This document shows, in pieces, positions 48,948 through 60,520 of a DNA stretch of 64,000 nucleotides. The notes below the pieces were generated by a model. It searched no databases and was not told the DNA's origin. It saw only the letters and a list, made by a program, of their open reading frames with translations. Numbering within the stretch: the first letter of the stretch is position 1; each line of letters opens with the position of its first letter. The DNA lies in the NCBI GenBank assembly GCA_905178155.1, contig CAJINV010000001.1, positions 8,755,642 through 8,819,641 of the forward strand, given 5' to 3'. The translations under genes were made by a program, and so were the position numbers. Source of the DNA: Amoebophrya sp. A120. Lineage: Eukaryota; Protista; Dinoflagellata.

Positions 48948-49446
48948 GCAACATACATTTACTGTAAGAACGTGAAAAATGAACTTCCTAGTCTAGTTTA
49001 GCGACGAATCATGATCAAATAGTCCCTCGTATTTCCCAAAACTAGATCCGATGCGATCTTCCTGATTGGAGTCGTTTGCCCGCTCATTGGCTTTTCGAGG
49101 CACGCTTAGCAGAAAAAAGAACTGGACGCTGCAGCTGAGAGTCAAAGTTCCTCACCTTGGCAGTGTTTTTTCAGATCAATGCCGATGCCCACAGATGATG
49201 CTCCCAACGATCCTTTGATTTTCACTGTCAATCGATCGAAGAACGAAGAACCGACGAGGACCACTACCTCCTGTTTTTACTCGCAGGCTTGTCTCAGCTA
49301 GTTTTCTACAACTTCATACCACTATACACGAACAATAACTTACTTAAACTCCCTCTCCCGTAACTAGAGCTAGACTCTGTAGTTGCCCTGTACCACAGAC
49401 ACACACGCATACACACTACGACAGACGGTCGTCAGATATCGAGAAG

Positions 49447-51228
49447 ATGATGGCTCTTCGACTTCTCTGGGGCACTGCGGCTGGGCATCAGCTTCTGATG
49501 GCGCAAACAAACATCACTGCAGTTCAGGCCGCCAACATCCCTGGTGCTGGAGGTCGTGCATCCTCGGGGCCGCGGGAGGACAAAAACGAGGGTAAGTTGT
49601 GGAATGCACACCTGCAGGCCGGCTCGGATTTCTTCTCGCTTGTTCGGGCGGATGGTGAGGATGAACCTGCGATGTTTGGGTTTCAACGACTTAATGAGGG
49701 ACTAGCTTGGATGTCGACGCAAGGACATCAGGAGCTCACGCTAGTCACGGTCAGTCCTGAAGGCAATGCTACCAATACGAAAATGCGTCAACAAGGTCCA
49801 GCAAATCTAGGAATGCTAAGCTGGAAAGTAGTGGACGAGGAGGAAGAACCGGAACAAACTACTGGCGCCGCGTCCGCCTCGGAGGAGCACGACCAGGATG
49901 AGAGCACGAAGAAAGTAGACGGCATCTTTGGAGGAGGTGCTGGAGCCGGAACGCCGTTGGGCCGCCACGCCGTCACGCAGGCCAAATCTGGAACAATGTC
50001 AATCGGGAAAGTAGAGGAGCAAAAACCGGAAAAGCAGGATATTAAGAGCAAGAAGAAACAGGGCATCTTTGGAGGCGGCTTCGCGAAAGGTTTTTTGGAG
50101 CCGAAGGCTGAAGCTCAACCGGCCGCCACCCCGTCGAAGGACAGAAAGCCCGAATCTCAAAGAGATGAAGAAGCTTCTGAAGCGGCTCGGGAAAACCAAG
50201 ACCGCGTCGTACTAGAAAAAGAGGAGAGCGGGGGAGCTCCTGCTGATTCGAAAAAGCACGGATATCCCGGGACCTCGGTGTGCACTGGCACGGGGAGCCA
50301 GGAGCCTGCAGCCACCAGCAAGTCCAAGCTATTAGTGGGAGGTCGTGAACAAGACCAAGACGTGACGGCGCGCTTCAATGAGATCGATGAGGACATGAAG
50401 ATGTGGGAAAAATTGATGGCGGATATGGCGGAGTCTGATAGTGATGATGATGAGGGTGATGGCGTCGCGGCCCTCGTGGAGAAGCTGAACATGATCCGGA
50501 GGAAGTACGTCCCGCTCGCCCTAGAATCATACTCTGGTGGCTCCGCGAGCGGTTTTTTGAAACCGAAGGCTAAAGGTAAACCGGCCGCCACGCCGTTGGA
50601 GGAGGATCCCGAATCTAAAAGAGATGAAGGAGCTGAAGCGGCTCGGGAAAAGGAAGATCGCGTTGTAGAAAAAGAGAAGAGCGGAGCTCCTGCTGATTCG
50701 AATCACGGATGTAGTTCCGGGTCCCCGTCGTGCACTGGCACGGGGAGCCAGCGGCCTGCAGCCACCAACAAGTCCAAGCTATTAGCGGGAGGTCGTGACG
50801 TGCCGACGAGCGTCGATGATTGGATCTCGAAGCTTGCCAAATTTGGCCCTCCAGGTCCAGAGCGTTTGGCGATGGCGGAAAAACAACTGGAGGACATGAT
50901 TGCAGAGCTGGAGCGGGACGGAGCCCTCAAGCCACGTGAAGAAGGTGGCATCCCAGATGAGCTACTCGAGTTGTATGCTAGGCACGGATTCGGGACTAAA
51001 CCGGGAGAGCCGCAGTGGTCGCCCGAAAAAGTTGCACCCGAGGTGAACAAATGGGCGGCGGAGTACGCCGACAGGGTCATGCTCGCTCAAAAAAAAAAAT
51101 CATCTGCTGGCCCTGGCACTGGCTCCGGAGGTTCTTCGTCCTCGCATTCGCGCGGCCCCGCGGACGACCCAGCAGGACTCTCGGAAACTTTGAGAAATCT
51201 CAGTCTCGATATGTTGGATAAGAAGTAA
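49447..51228 (+). CDS. Intronless orphan, putative secreted protein, paralogue 2, with an internal ~85-aa duplication
   Basis: 593-aa ORF; GFLEPKA...KSKLLVGGR and GFLKPKA...KSKLLAGGR repeats. Confidence 0.65.
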   Translation: MMALRLLWGTAAGHQLLMAQTNITAVQAANIPGAGGRASSGPREDKNEGKLWNAHLQAGSDFFSLVRADGEDEPAMFGFQRLNEGLAWMSTQGHQELTLVTVSPEGNATNTKMRQQGPANLGMLSWKVVDEEEEPEQTTGAASASEEHDQDESTKKVDGIFGGGAGAGTPLGRHAVTQAKSGTMSIGKVEEQKPEKQDIKSKKKQGIFGGGFAKGFLEPKAEAQPAATPSKDRKPESQRDEEASEAARENQDRVVLEKEESGGAPADSKKHGYPGTSVCTGTGSQEPAATSKSKLLVGGREQDQDVTARFNEIDEDMKMWEKLMADMAESDSDDDEGDGVAALVEKLNMIRRKYVPLALESYSGGSASGFLKPKAKGKPAATPLEEDPESKRDEGAEAAREKEDRVVEKEKSGAPADSNHGCSSGSPSCTGTGSQRPAATNKSKLLAGGRDVPTSVDDWISKLAKFGPPGPERLAMAEKQLEDMIAELERDGALKPREEGGIPDELLELYARHGFGTKPGEPQWSPEKVAPEVNKWAAEYADRVMLAQKKKSSAGPGTGSGGSSSSHSRGPADDPAGLSETLRNLSLDMLDKK

Positions 51229-52929
51229 AAAGCGAGGAGTTAATATTGCTGGGACAGTACGTAGGGCCTTGGTGGTGGAGAGCAGATTCATTTAGAAGAT
51301 ACTGTCGATCTCGCCTTTGAGAACGAAGTGTTGTGCTGGTCTCAGGAAGCAAGCATAACAAGAAGAGAGGGGACTGAGTAAGAGAAAGAGGTAGGAGAAC
51401 GAGATGGACGGAACTCCAGGTCGTGGTAGAAACTGCACTAAAGAAAAAGCACTAACACATCAAGATGGCTGCTACTGCTAGCCTTATAGAAGAAGCGATG
51501 AACAATACTTAGCTCGTGCGTCGTGTATGATTTGATTCGAATCGCAAGTAGGGGGATATTAACATTACTTAGGTGGAAGATAGGGACGCTACATAATAGA
51601 CTTTACAGAAACACAAACAACTACTAACTATCTCGATACCGAGAAGCGAGACATGGTAGCCAGGGCGACTAGGGTGTTTCTCTGTTGAAGAGGGTGACCG
51701 CAGTAGAGCTACTGATGAAAATTACTTTGTTTAAGTTTGGCTGGTCCTCAACATAAAAGATCGCACTTTGTACTCGAAGAATTTCGCTTTATCGTATGGG
51801 TATGATCCTACCAGGGATAGGGGAGCTGATCTAGAAGATTGCGACTAGTTCTTCTCATAAATCTATATTTCAGACTTTTTGAAGTCTTCGAAAACTACCT
51901 TTTGTTATTCTCGCCTGTACGTAATTGCCGCAGCTCCCTCTTGAATTTGGAGTATTTCCACGGATGGTGGAAGGTGTAGCCACCTTCTGCTTCTTCTCCT
52001 TGGGCGCTACAGATATCAAACAGGAGCTGACATCAATTACTTTTTGAACAGAGAGATTTTGGCCACATCTGAAACTTGACGCAAGGGCTTTGCCCGCGTT
52101 GAAAAACTGGACCACTGCAGATTAGCAATTATAAGCCGCAGCTCGACTCCGTGGAGTTGGAGCGCGCACTTTTGTGATAAAAAAAATGTGGCCGTGTGCC
52201 CTGTAGGCACGTATTACTAGTGCGTGCAGATAACATACAAAAACAGGAAAAAGAACAACGACTACTAACCGACGTCTGGTAGCGCTTTCGATTTTTGTTC
52301 CGACACTTGCATAGCATCCGACATCGCGAAGATCGAACACCCAGAGATAGTGATAGAAACATCTGGCAGCTGTTTTGCGGCCAGGATTCTCACAGAAGAA
52401 AGATCGCAAGCGCTTGTTACATTTACTGTAAGAACGTGAAAGTAGATGAACTTCTTAGTCTAGTTCAACGATGAATCATGATCAAATAGTCCCTCGAGCC
52501 GATGCGATCCTGATTGAACTCGTTTGCCCGCTCATTGGCTTTCCGAGGCACGCTTAGCAGAAAAAAGAACTGGTCGCTGCAGCGGAGAGTCAAAGATCGT
52601 CACCTTAGCAGTGTTTTTTCAGATCAATGAATGTCCGCCGATGCTCGTCGTCCCAACGATCCCAGTGATTTTTTTCTACGCTCCGCATTTCCCTCTGGGA
52701 TCTATTTTACGTACACTTTTCCATAAACTCTCTCCCTCAGCGACATCATGACTTTACGGACCATATCGACCTATCCTTTGTGATTCAACATTTCCCTTAA
52801 AACAATATGATTTTTCGTATTTAACACTTATCTCTCACGACCTCCACCTCCCCTTCGCGTCACTTCCCGTGATAAATGGTTGTGCTTCATTTGCTCTCTC
52901 TGTCTCTCCAAGAGTTGTAAAGCTAAAGC

Positions 52930-54309
52930 ATGGCAAGCGGAGGCGCCCACACGGGCGTGGTCGAGGCCTTCGAGCGCAACCATGAAGCGACAATTTACGT
53001 GGGCAACATCGACGCCAAAATTGATGAGGACGTATTGTGGGAACTTTTCCTGCAAGTAGGGCCCCTGCAGTCGGTGCACACACCAAAGGATAAAATCACC
53101 GGAGTGCATCTAGGGTACTATTAAGTGGCCGCAGTTGACGAGACACAATTTTCTCAGCAGTACAAATAGTGGCATCTGGCGGGTCTGCATATGATTCTCA
53201 CTTTTTTTCAAATCCTTTCACCACAGGTACGCCTTCGTCGAGTTCAAAAACGAGGATGATGCGGAATACGCTTGTAAGGTGATGAACATGGTCAAGCTGT
53301 TTAACAAGCCAATAAGATGCACCAAATCCAGCGCAGACCGAAAAACCCAAGATGTGGGCGCAAATTTGTTCATCGGGAACCTCGATATTGACTGCGAGGA
53401 CAAGACACTGTATCTACTTACCTCACATTTCAGTTTTACTACCTCTTTTCACAGCACGAAGCCGTTGCATCATGATGAGTAGACTCCTCCTGCCTGCTGC
53501 TGCTATTGTGGCTGGACGCTAAAGCTCTCCCAGAGTGGGAGAAGTGCGCCCTTTTCGACGTGTCTCGAATACTTATCAGAATAAATAAAATGAAAATGAA
53601 AAACCTTCACCAGGTACGACACCTTTGCTTCCTTCGGGCACATAGTATTCGCGAAGATTATGCGAAACCCGGACCCACCATACGAAAGCCGAGGGTTCGC
53701 CTTCGTCTCGTTCGACAGTTTCGATTCCAGCGATGCCGCCATGGCCGCTATGAACGGACAATTTTTGGCCAACAGCCCAATCAATGTGTCTTACGCATAC
53801 AAGAAGGACACTCGCGGAGAACGGCACGGTGACGCAGCGGAGCGATTGATTGCCGCCTACAAGCCGCAACAAATCGCATCACAGTACCTACCCGCACCGG
53901 AGACCCTTGGTACTGAAATTGATTCGAAGAGCCGCGGCTTTTTCATCTGCAATCGCTTACTTATGTTCGATGAATAAAGTATAATTACACGACAAATAAA
54001 GGTTAAGGTACTGCAACTTCTACAGTCGTGACGAAGATGATGTAAATTTTGATTTGAAAGAAACGTGGTTTCATTTTTCATAGACTGTAATTCTAAACCA
54101 ACTCCAAAACAGCATCTGGCCAGGGTTTGGCGATTCCCAATGGTCCAGCACCTATGATCCGCGGAGGAGTCGCACCCGGCGTTGAAATGCCCGGAGCCGG
54201 GAAGGGCACAGGCCTCGGTACCGTCGCCGGAGCGCCACCACCGTTCCCGGGCACGAGCAAAAATGGCGGCATGGGCAACGGTGGAAAACAGTGGGGCAAG
54301 GGATGGTGA
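52930..54309 (+). CDS. SF3B4: Splicing factor 3B subunit 4 (SAP49), two RRMs
   Basis: ERNHEATIYVGNID, LWELFLQVGP, PKDKITG..GYAFVEF, MNMVKLFNKPIR, DVGANLFIGNLD, SRGFAFVSFDSFDSSDAA, SYAYKKDTRGERHG..AERL and a Pro/Gly tail; three GT-AG introns. Confidence 0.95.
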
Positions 54310-55059
54310 AGGAGCTACGTATAATAAGTACATCATCGCGAGCGCCGGCGCCGCACTTTCACTGTGAACAATGACAAGACTCCCCAATGAACTTTCGAGC
54401 GGCATACGTATCACGCAGAAGTATCAACAACCTCAACCGAAAAGCAAGAGGGTAGCGAGAGCTAATCTATATACCCGGCACGCCTAGAAGAGACGTGTTC
54501 TTAACTAGGCAAAACAAATAGATTAGGAGGGGGAAAAAAGCTCGCTATTCAATTTTGGTCACAAAATGGTGTGGTCGGTGCTCCTCTCTCGAGTGCATTT
54601 TCTTCCATATCTGACTCACTTTCGGTCGTTTTGCGGACGATAAAATTTTCGGTTTTTTGAAGATCGACTTCTTATCAATCTGATACGATTTACATGCCTT
54701 TTTTGCTGACTTCGTTTCTACTTTGATTCGCTCCTGATTCATTTCTGTTCCATCACCCAGGCCAATAGCAGCTCCAGTGTCCCAAAGAACATGTAACCCT
54801 TTCGCCCTCAGCTTTTGTTTTTGTTTTACTATGTATACTAGTTACAACGCACCGGCACTTTTTTTGCATCTTCGTTGTTCATTTTTTTGCAACTGAATTT
54901 CGTATATTGTTTCTTCTGTGCCCGACCCCGCATCCGCAACATAAAAAAGACAAAGACACACTTCTATTCATTGATCTGCTTTTACCAAAGCACGTTTTCA
55001 CCCACAAGCACATCTTCATTTTCACTGTTGCCGAGACCCCAACAAGAACAGCCGATATC

Positions 55060-57288
55060 ATGGGAAAACTGCAAGAAGATTCTCCAGAGAATTCCCCACG
55101 CAGCCCCGCCGCGGCCCGCCGCCGGTCGAGCTTCCAGGTGGTGCCGGCGCTGGTGGAGCCCGCAAGAGTTCTGGTGGAGTACTTCTGTGGTGCTATCTTC
55201 TTCCTTCTCCTGCCGTTCTGCCTCGTGTGCTACGCCTTCTCGTTCGTCCTTGACAACACCCTCCTCTTTCTCTTTCTATGGTGCGTTGTGCTGTTCGGAA
55301 GCGTCTACATCTTCATGACGCTCTTCGACAAGCTCCTGGACTCAAAGCAGAAACACGCCACGCAGCACGTCCGGGACGAAGTTGCAAAAAGCAAAGGAAC
55401 TACAGCGTCAGGCAAACTTACAGAAGGGACAAACAATACGACAAATTCTGTTTCTGGACGCGAGGGTGCCGTGCATATTGCGCCTCACGGGCAGCTGGAG
55501 CCGTTTCCGGTCGGGGCGCGCCTCCGCATGGGTTTTCGTCGAGCCGTATTCCCTGAAAATTGTTCATCCCTATCCACTTTTGGCATGGATGACAAGATAA
55601 ACTGAATCAGAATCCACTCCGTGTTTTGCACGACAGATTGGATCATGGGGATGGTTAATTTCGAGGGAATAGGCGGAGTTTGTCTGGACCGCGAAGCACA
55701 TTGCGGGTAAAGAATTGCGAAAGTGGGAATACGTGACCGACGAGCAGGGCGACAAACTGTTTCACGAGCAGCCGTCGCTGACGTCGGACGAGTTCATCGA
55801 GCGCATCAAACCCTTTGCGGAGTTGCCCGATTGGGTCGATCACGAGTTGCTCAATGCGGGGTGCACGTTTTACCGCTCGCTCTGGCCGCTGATATCTTAC
55901 CAGTTTTCCTGGGCGGTGGTGGGCGGGTTCGGCGCGGAGGCAGCCTCAGCCGTGCTGTTGAAGACGCGGTACTGGGCCGACAAGGGCCCCACCGGGAAGA
56001 TCGACACCTGGAACCGGTTACGAGAAACGCTCTGCTTCCTGTACGACCTGTGCGGCCACGGTGCGAGTGGCTTTGACGTGGACGGCCCGGCGTGGAGAAG
56101 CTGCTTACTCGTCCGATTTCTGCACGCCCGGACGCGTGAAGGGGTGTGGAGACAAGATAGGGCAATAGATGTTGACCACGATGATGTTCTACTTCACAAT
56201 CAACAACAACACGCGGCAAACAACGCGAACGTAATTCCTGCGTCTGGCTCGAGTGCCTTCACGACAGCAACCGAACGCGACAGCCAGGATCATGAGGAGC
56301 GCGACGACTCAGACAACTCAGAAGATGGGCAGCACCCCGACGGAGAGCACAACGTGATCAACCGGACGCCGTCGAAAGACAGCGACAGCCCACAGTCATC
56401 TCCGAAAAAAAGATGGGACCGCGAGAAGTTCGGGGATCCGATAAACCAGGCGGAGCTGATCGGCACACTGCTCGGCTGCTCCGCGCTGCTGCTGGACGGC
56501 ATGGAAGAAATGTCGTTTGGCGCCAAAATCCCGAAGCACCAGCGGGAGGGGTTCCTGCACTTGTGGCGCCTCGTCGGGTTTCTGTTTGGCATCAAAGAGG
56601 AGTGGAACCCGAACCGGAACAGCGAGCACGCGAAAATCGTGATGCAATCGCTGTACACCTTCGGGATCCCGGCCCACCCGGACCCGAAGCTGTCCGCCGT
56701 GCTGGCCAACCACATCATGGACTCCGTCGCCGAGGGGGTGAACCAGGACCTGCTGAAAAAGAGCATGCCGGGGTTCGTCAGCTCTAGCATGGTATGCATT
56801 GCAAAAGCATCGTACTAGTATAAACTGCATGACAAATTTGCCCAAGAACAAAAATGCGATTTGTAATGCTGTTTCCCGTTAGAAAATAGATCTGTCATGC
56901 ATGGCTGCAATCAGTACGAGTACGATACTTTTGCACAGGATACATGGTCGCGACCACCGGGTGGCTCTTCCTCGGGGACGAGTACGCCACGGCACTGGAC
57001 TTGCCGAAACTCTCGCGGAAGGACCGCATCTACGGCTCGCTGCGGAAATGGTCTCTCGGGCTGTGCTTGTTCGCGTATTTCCGCTTCATCGCATTGTGGG
57101 AGCTTTTCCGGGTCACTTTGGTGGTCGAGTACGCCATGCACTTACTCTTCAAGAGCGCGTGCAAACAAGTGTGGAACACCCAACCCAAATGCCGCTTCGC
57201 AAAATCCCTGTGCCCCTTTGAGAATCTCGTCCCCGGAGGAAGAAAGTCGACGAGAAAAAGCGAGATGGGCAAGCAAAAAACGGCATAG
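55060..57288 (+). CDS. ER-bound oxygenase MpaB/DUF2236 family protein with N-terminal transmembrane helices
   Basis: PDWVDHELLNAG..FY, RLRET, VRFLHARTR, WD.EKFGDPINQAEL, FLHLWRLVGFLFGI; intron 55546-55672 and introner 56793-56942. Confidence 0.85.
56793..56942. mobile_element. Introner family F (diverged TIRs), 150 bp, TSD CATGG
   Basis: tatgcattgcaaaagcatcgtactagta / tacgagtacgatacttttgcacaggata; CATGG at 56788-56792 and 56943-56947. Removal gives SSSMVATTGWLF. Confidence 0.87.
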
Positions 57289-57801
57289 GGAAAGAGACGA
57301 CGAATAAATCTTCCTGAGGTGAGCACGCTGTGCGTTGTACTATGACATCGAGGTGAGGAGGCCCGAGGGCGCCTCCGTTTCTGGTTCAATAATCAATGCT
57401 CATACTACCCATGAATATGAAAAAAGTACGCATTTTATTCGTTTCCATCCTCTAGAAGGATCAAGTAACTCGAACAGCTGCCAGAACAGTATTGCGTACG
57501 GCCTCCGTCTCGATTTAGGCGCTTCGAAGAAAGTGTTCAACGACGATTTTTATTCGGAAACTGACAATTAAAATAAATCCGTTAGAACTGCTGTTCGTGC
57601 CTTGTTTATCGTATTCCTTGGCGTAGCACTTTCTTCGGTGTTCCATCACTGTCTGTTGCGTATCTTACCAACACACGGTCGGAGAAAGAAAAGACCAGAC
57701 GAGATCGAAATCGAAAACGCGGATCTTTGTTGTTTTAGCGTTTCTACTCTATCTCTTTCTCTACGGTTCTTCTTGTTGCCGTGGCTTTTTGTTTCTGTAT
57801 C

Positions 57802-58528
57802 ATGCGCTTCAATGCTGCTCGTTTTGCGAAGTGCCGTAACGCACACCTCTGCCCCTGGTCGCAGGCGGTGAACATGCAATTCCGCGGCATATGTGTAGGT
57901 GCCGCATCGAAACTCGGTGCCGACCTGGGCGGAGGCGGTGCGTCAAGGACAGTAATGGGAGAGGTAAGTAATGCTAAAAATTAAAATGCTGATTTCCTGA
58001 ATTCGAAAGGACGAAGTGAGTTTTTGTCTTTGTTCTCAACAATCGATTGACTCGTCGCGGCAAATACCAGACAGGCCCGACTTCAATTTCTGTTCTACAA
58101 ACCTTATCAAGTACTCTCTCACCTCGTCAGGTTCCCTTGCAAGCTGGTTTCGCGGAGCAGGGTCCCGGTATGAGCTCTGCATTGTCCGGCGCTATCAACT
58201 TCCTGAACGCAAACGAAGACCTTGGGAGCAGTATTTCAGACGAGGTACGAAAGGGTGCGTGACGCAATCATAAAAATGCGCCCGCATTTTCTTGTCAATT
58301 TTCCGGAAATTAGCACGCGCTGACGACGCTCATGACGTGAATGATCCGCATCCGATGCATTTATTTGAGAGCGGCGCTCGTCGTCTACTTCGAACTCGCT
58401 TTCCAAACTGCATGAACAACAAACACCAGGTCGCAGACGCCGTACGGCAGTGTTTGGGGGAAAACGATCTAAGTGCTTACTTAGATCTCGGAGGAATGGA
58501 AAGCGTAATTAACATCAATTCAATATGA
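57802..58528 (+). CDS. Small hypothetical protein (three exons; start uncertain)
   Basis: Two phase-0 GT-AG introns (gag|gtaagt...tcag|gtt; gag|gtacg...ccag|gtc) join open frames ending VININSI*. Confidence 0.45.
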
Positions 58529-59785
58529 AGTGTGAAGAAAAGCAAGCTTCCTTCTGACACAGAACGCAATCACCATCTTCGCGATCACTGGGTGAATAAG
58601 GATAAGTGCTTACAGATTCATGCTCGCATGAACAGCTGCACATAGATCGAACAGCATGCTGAGCTTTTATGTTGTATTCAAGATGCACAAGAGCAGCGCA
58701 GAGACGAGAGACGCCACACTCTGCATATCTCTCTGTCTCTCTGAAGATAGTGCAGTCGGTATGAAAGGCTGGCGCTTTTCCTTTCCACGCCCCTCTCTCT
58801 TCAACTTCACACTATCATGCTGGCACACAGTCTTCGACCACGCTCGTGAGAACAAGTCCATGCGCAATATCATGCATTGACAGCAACATGGTACATTTCT
58901 GACAGGGCAGCATATGGTACTTTTGCGGCGGACTCAAGGGCAGGGAAATTTTAGCACGGCCGCCGTAAGCGTGATTCTGACCACGTCGGTATCAAACATC
59001 ACCCTCTGCCGCCTCTGGACGATTTCCACCTTTGCCATTTGGTAGGAACTTCAAAGAAAAATGCAAACGAAGGTCCGCATCATGTAGTACGTAGAAATGA
59101 AAACTAAAAAGAAAATGAAGATGACCCTGATACGCGACAACTCTCCGTGAGCGGTCTTAAAATTCGTGCTGACTCTTCACTCAAATGAATCATGGCTATT
59201 ATGGTGGACCTGATGAACTTTCTCGTGCAACAGCAGGATGCATTACCAGACGTTCTTTTCGAAAATCAAAATGTAAGAATCGACTACTCACCGAAGTTGT
59301 AGAGTCCTTCATCATGATGTTCGTGCGGCCGCGGCAAAGGTGGAACAGCAAGAAGTGAGTCCTCCGCAGATTAATACTCAAAGTCGGCGACTTCTTTCTC
59401 TGTAAGGTTGTCGTTGGCGTCCGTCTCGTCGTCCGCACTGTCGTTCTGACCCGTGTACTGCTCTTTATCGTGTGTCGTTCTTGTCGTCGCGTCCATCGTC
59501 TTCCTATTCGGCTCTGTCAAAGGCAAAGCTCAAAGACAACTTTTCTACCGCTTCATCGCTATAAAAGTTTTCGCGCATGTCTATATGACGTGGTGCATCT
59601 TCGTGTTTATAGGAACAGGGTCCGAGGTTGTAAAGTAGCTGCACCCATTCACATTGTCGTTCAAGTAGAATTTTTCAGCTTTTCGAAAAAGCTTCAAGGC
59701 AGTATCAGTACAACGAACTACGAACGGAGACAGAATCGATTGTCAGGAATCAAGTCATCGAAAGAACGCAGTCCTCGAATAAAAC

Positions 59786-60520
59786 ATGCCGCTGTGTTGT
59801 GGTAAGCCGAAGAAAGAGGAGCCGAAGGAGCCGATTGTGTCACCGGAGTGCTTTGTGATTCCAGTTCCGGGCGAGAAGGATGCACCGACTCGGACCATAG
59901 GCGACAAGGGGGAGCCGCAGTCGCGCGTCTGGTTGAAAAAACTTCCCGCCGGGCGTATGACTTTCCGCTGCGAGTTCGACGCTGGGTAAGGTTTCTTCTA
60001 TGTTCTTTTTTCCTTTTTCCACTGGTGCGAATGAGCGTAAGAACACACATTCATACGGAAGCGGAAATATCAATATATATGTCGCGCTATTCTTTCATCT
60101 CGTAACGCTTTCACGTTTATGTCTTTCTACTTTTCCAGGCGCATGCTCTTCATCCTGCAAAAAAAAAACAGGTTCGACTGGCTGAAGTCGGTTTCTCCGA
60201 AGCTGGCGGATTGCCCGCAGTGGTGCCCGACCGCGCGGTTTGGGGTGCTCGAGTCCGGCAAAATGAAGATCAAAATGGAAGACGGGTCGGAATACACGAT
60301 TAATCCGGGCGACACGTTTTTCGTCCCGCCGAACCACTTGCCGATTTTCGAGGAGAAAACGGTCGTGATTGAGTTCCTGCAGGAGGAAGTTCCCCCCGCA
60401 CCTGCTCCCGAGCCCGCGAAACCGCAAGAACCGGCTGCCGCAGCCCCCGCAGAACCCGCGAAAACGGACGCGGAGGCGCCGGCGAAGGCGGACGCGGAGC
60501 CAGCAGACAACAAGGTTTGA
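59786..60520 (+). CDS. Cupin-domain protein, paralogue 2 (N-terminal CC; His to Arg change in cupin motif 1)
   Basis: MPLCCG...; intron 59986-60171 at the conserved G|FDW position; WCPTARFGVLESGKMKIKMEDG...PGDTFFVPPNH. Confidence 0.8.

Larger units (their letters stand above)
45011..52672 (+). repeat. Tandem segmental duplication: unit 1 ~45011-47535, unit 2 ~48955-52410, partial unit 3 ~52419-52672
   Basis: Shared upstream blocks (aagaacgt.aaa..atgaactt, cccaacgatcc), shared ORF and shared downstream blocks (aaactggaccactgcagattagcaattataagccgc). Confidence 0.9.

Noticed and set aside
48915-48954. GC hairpin near the right end of the insert, as a possible Helitron 3' end
   Set aside because: No CTRR terminus after the hairpin, and a direct repeat flanks the insert.
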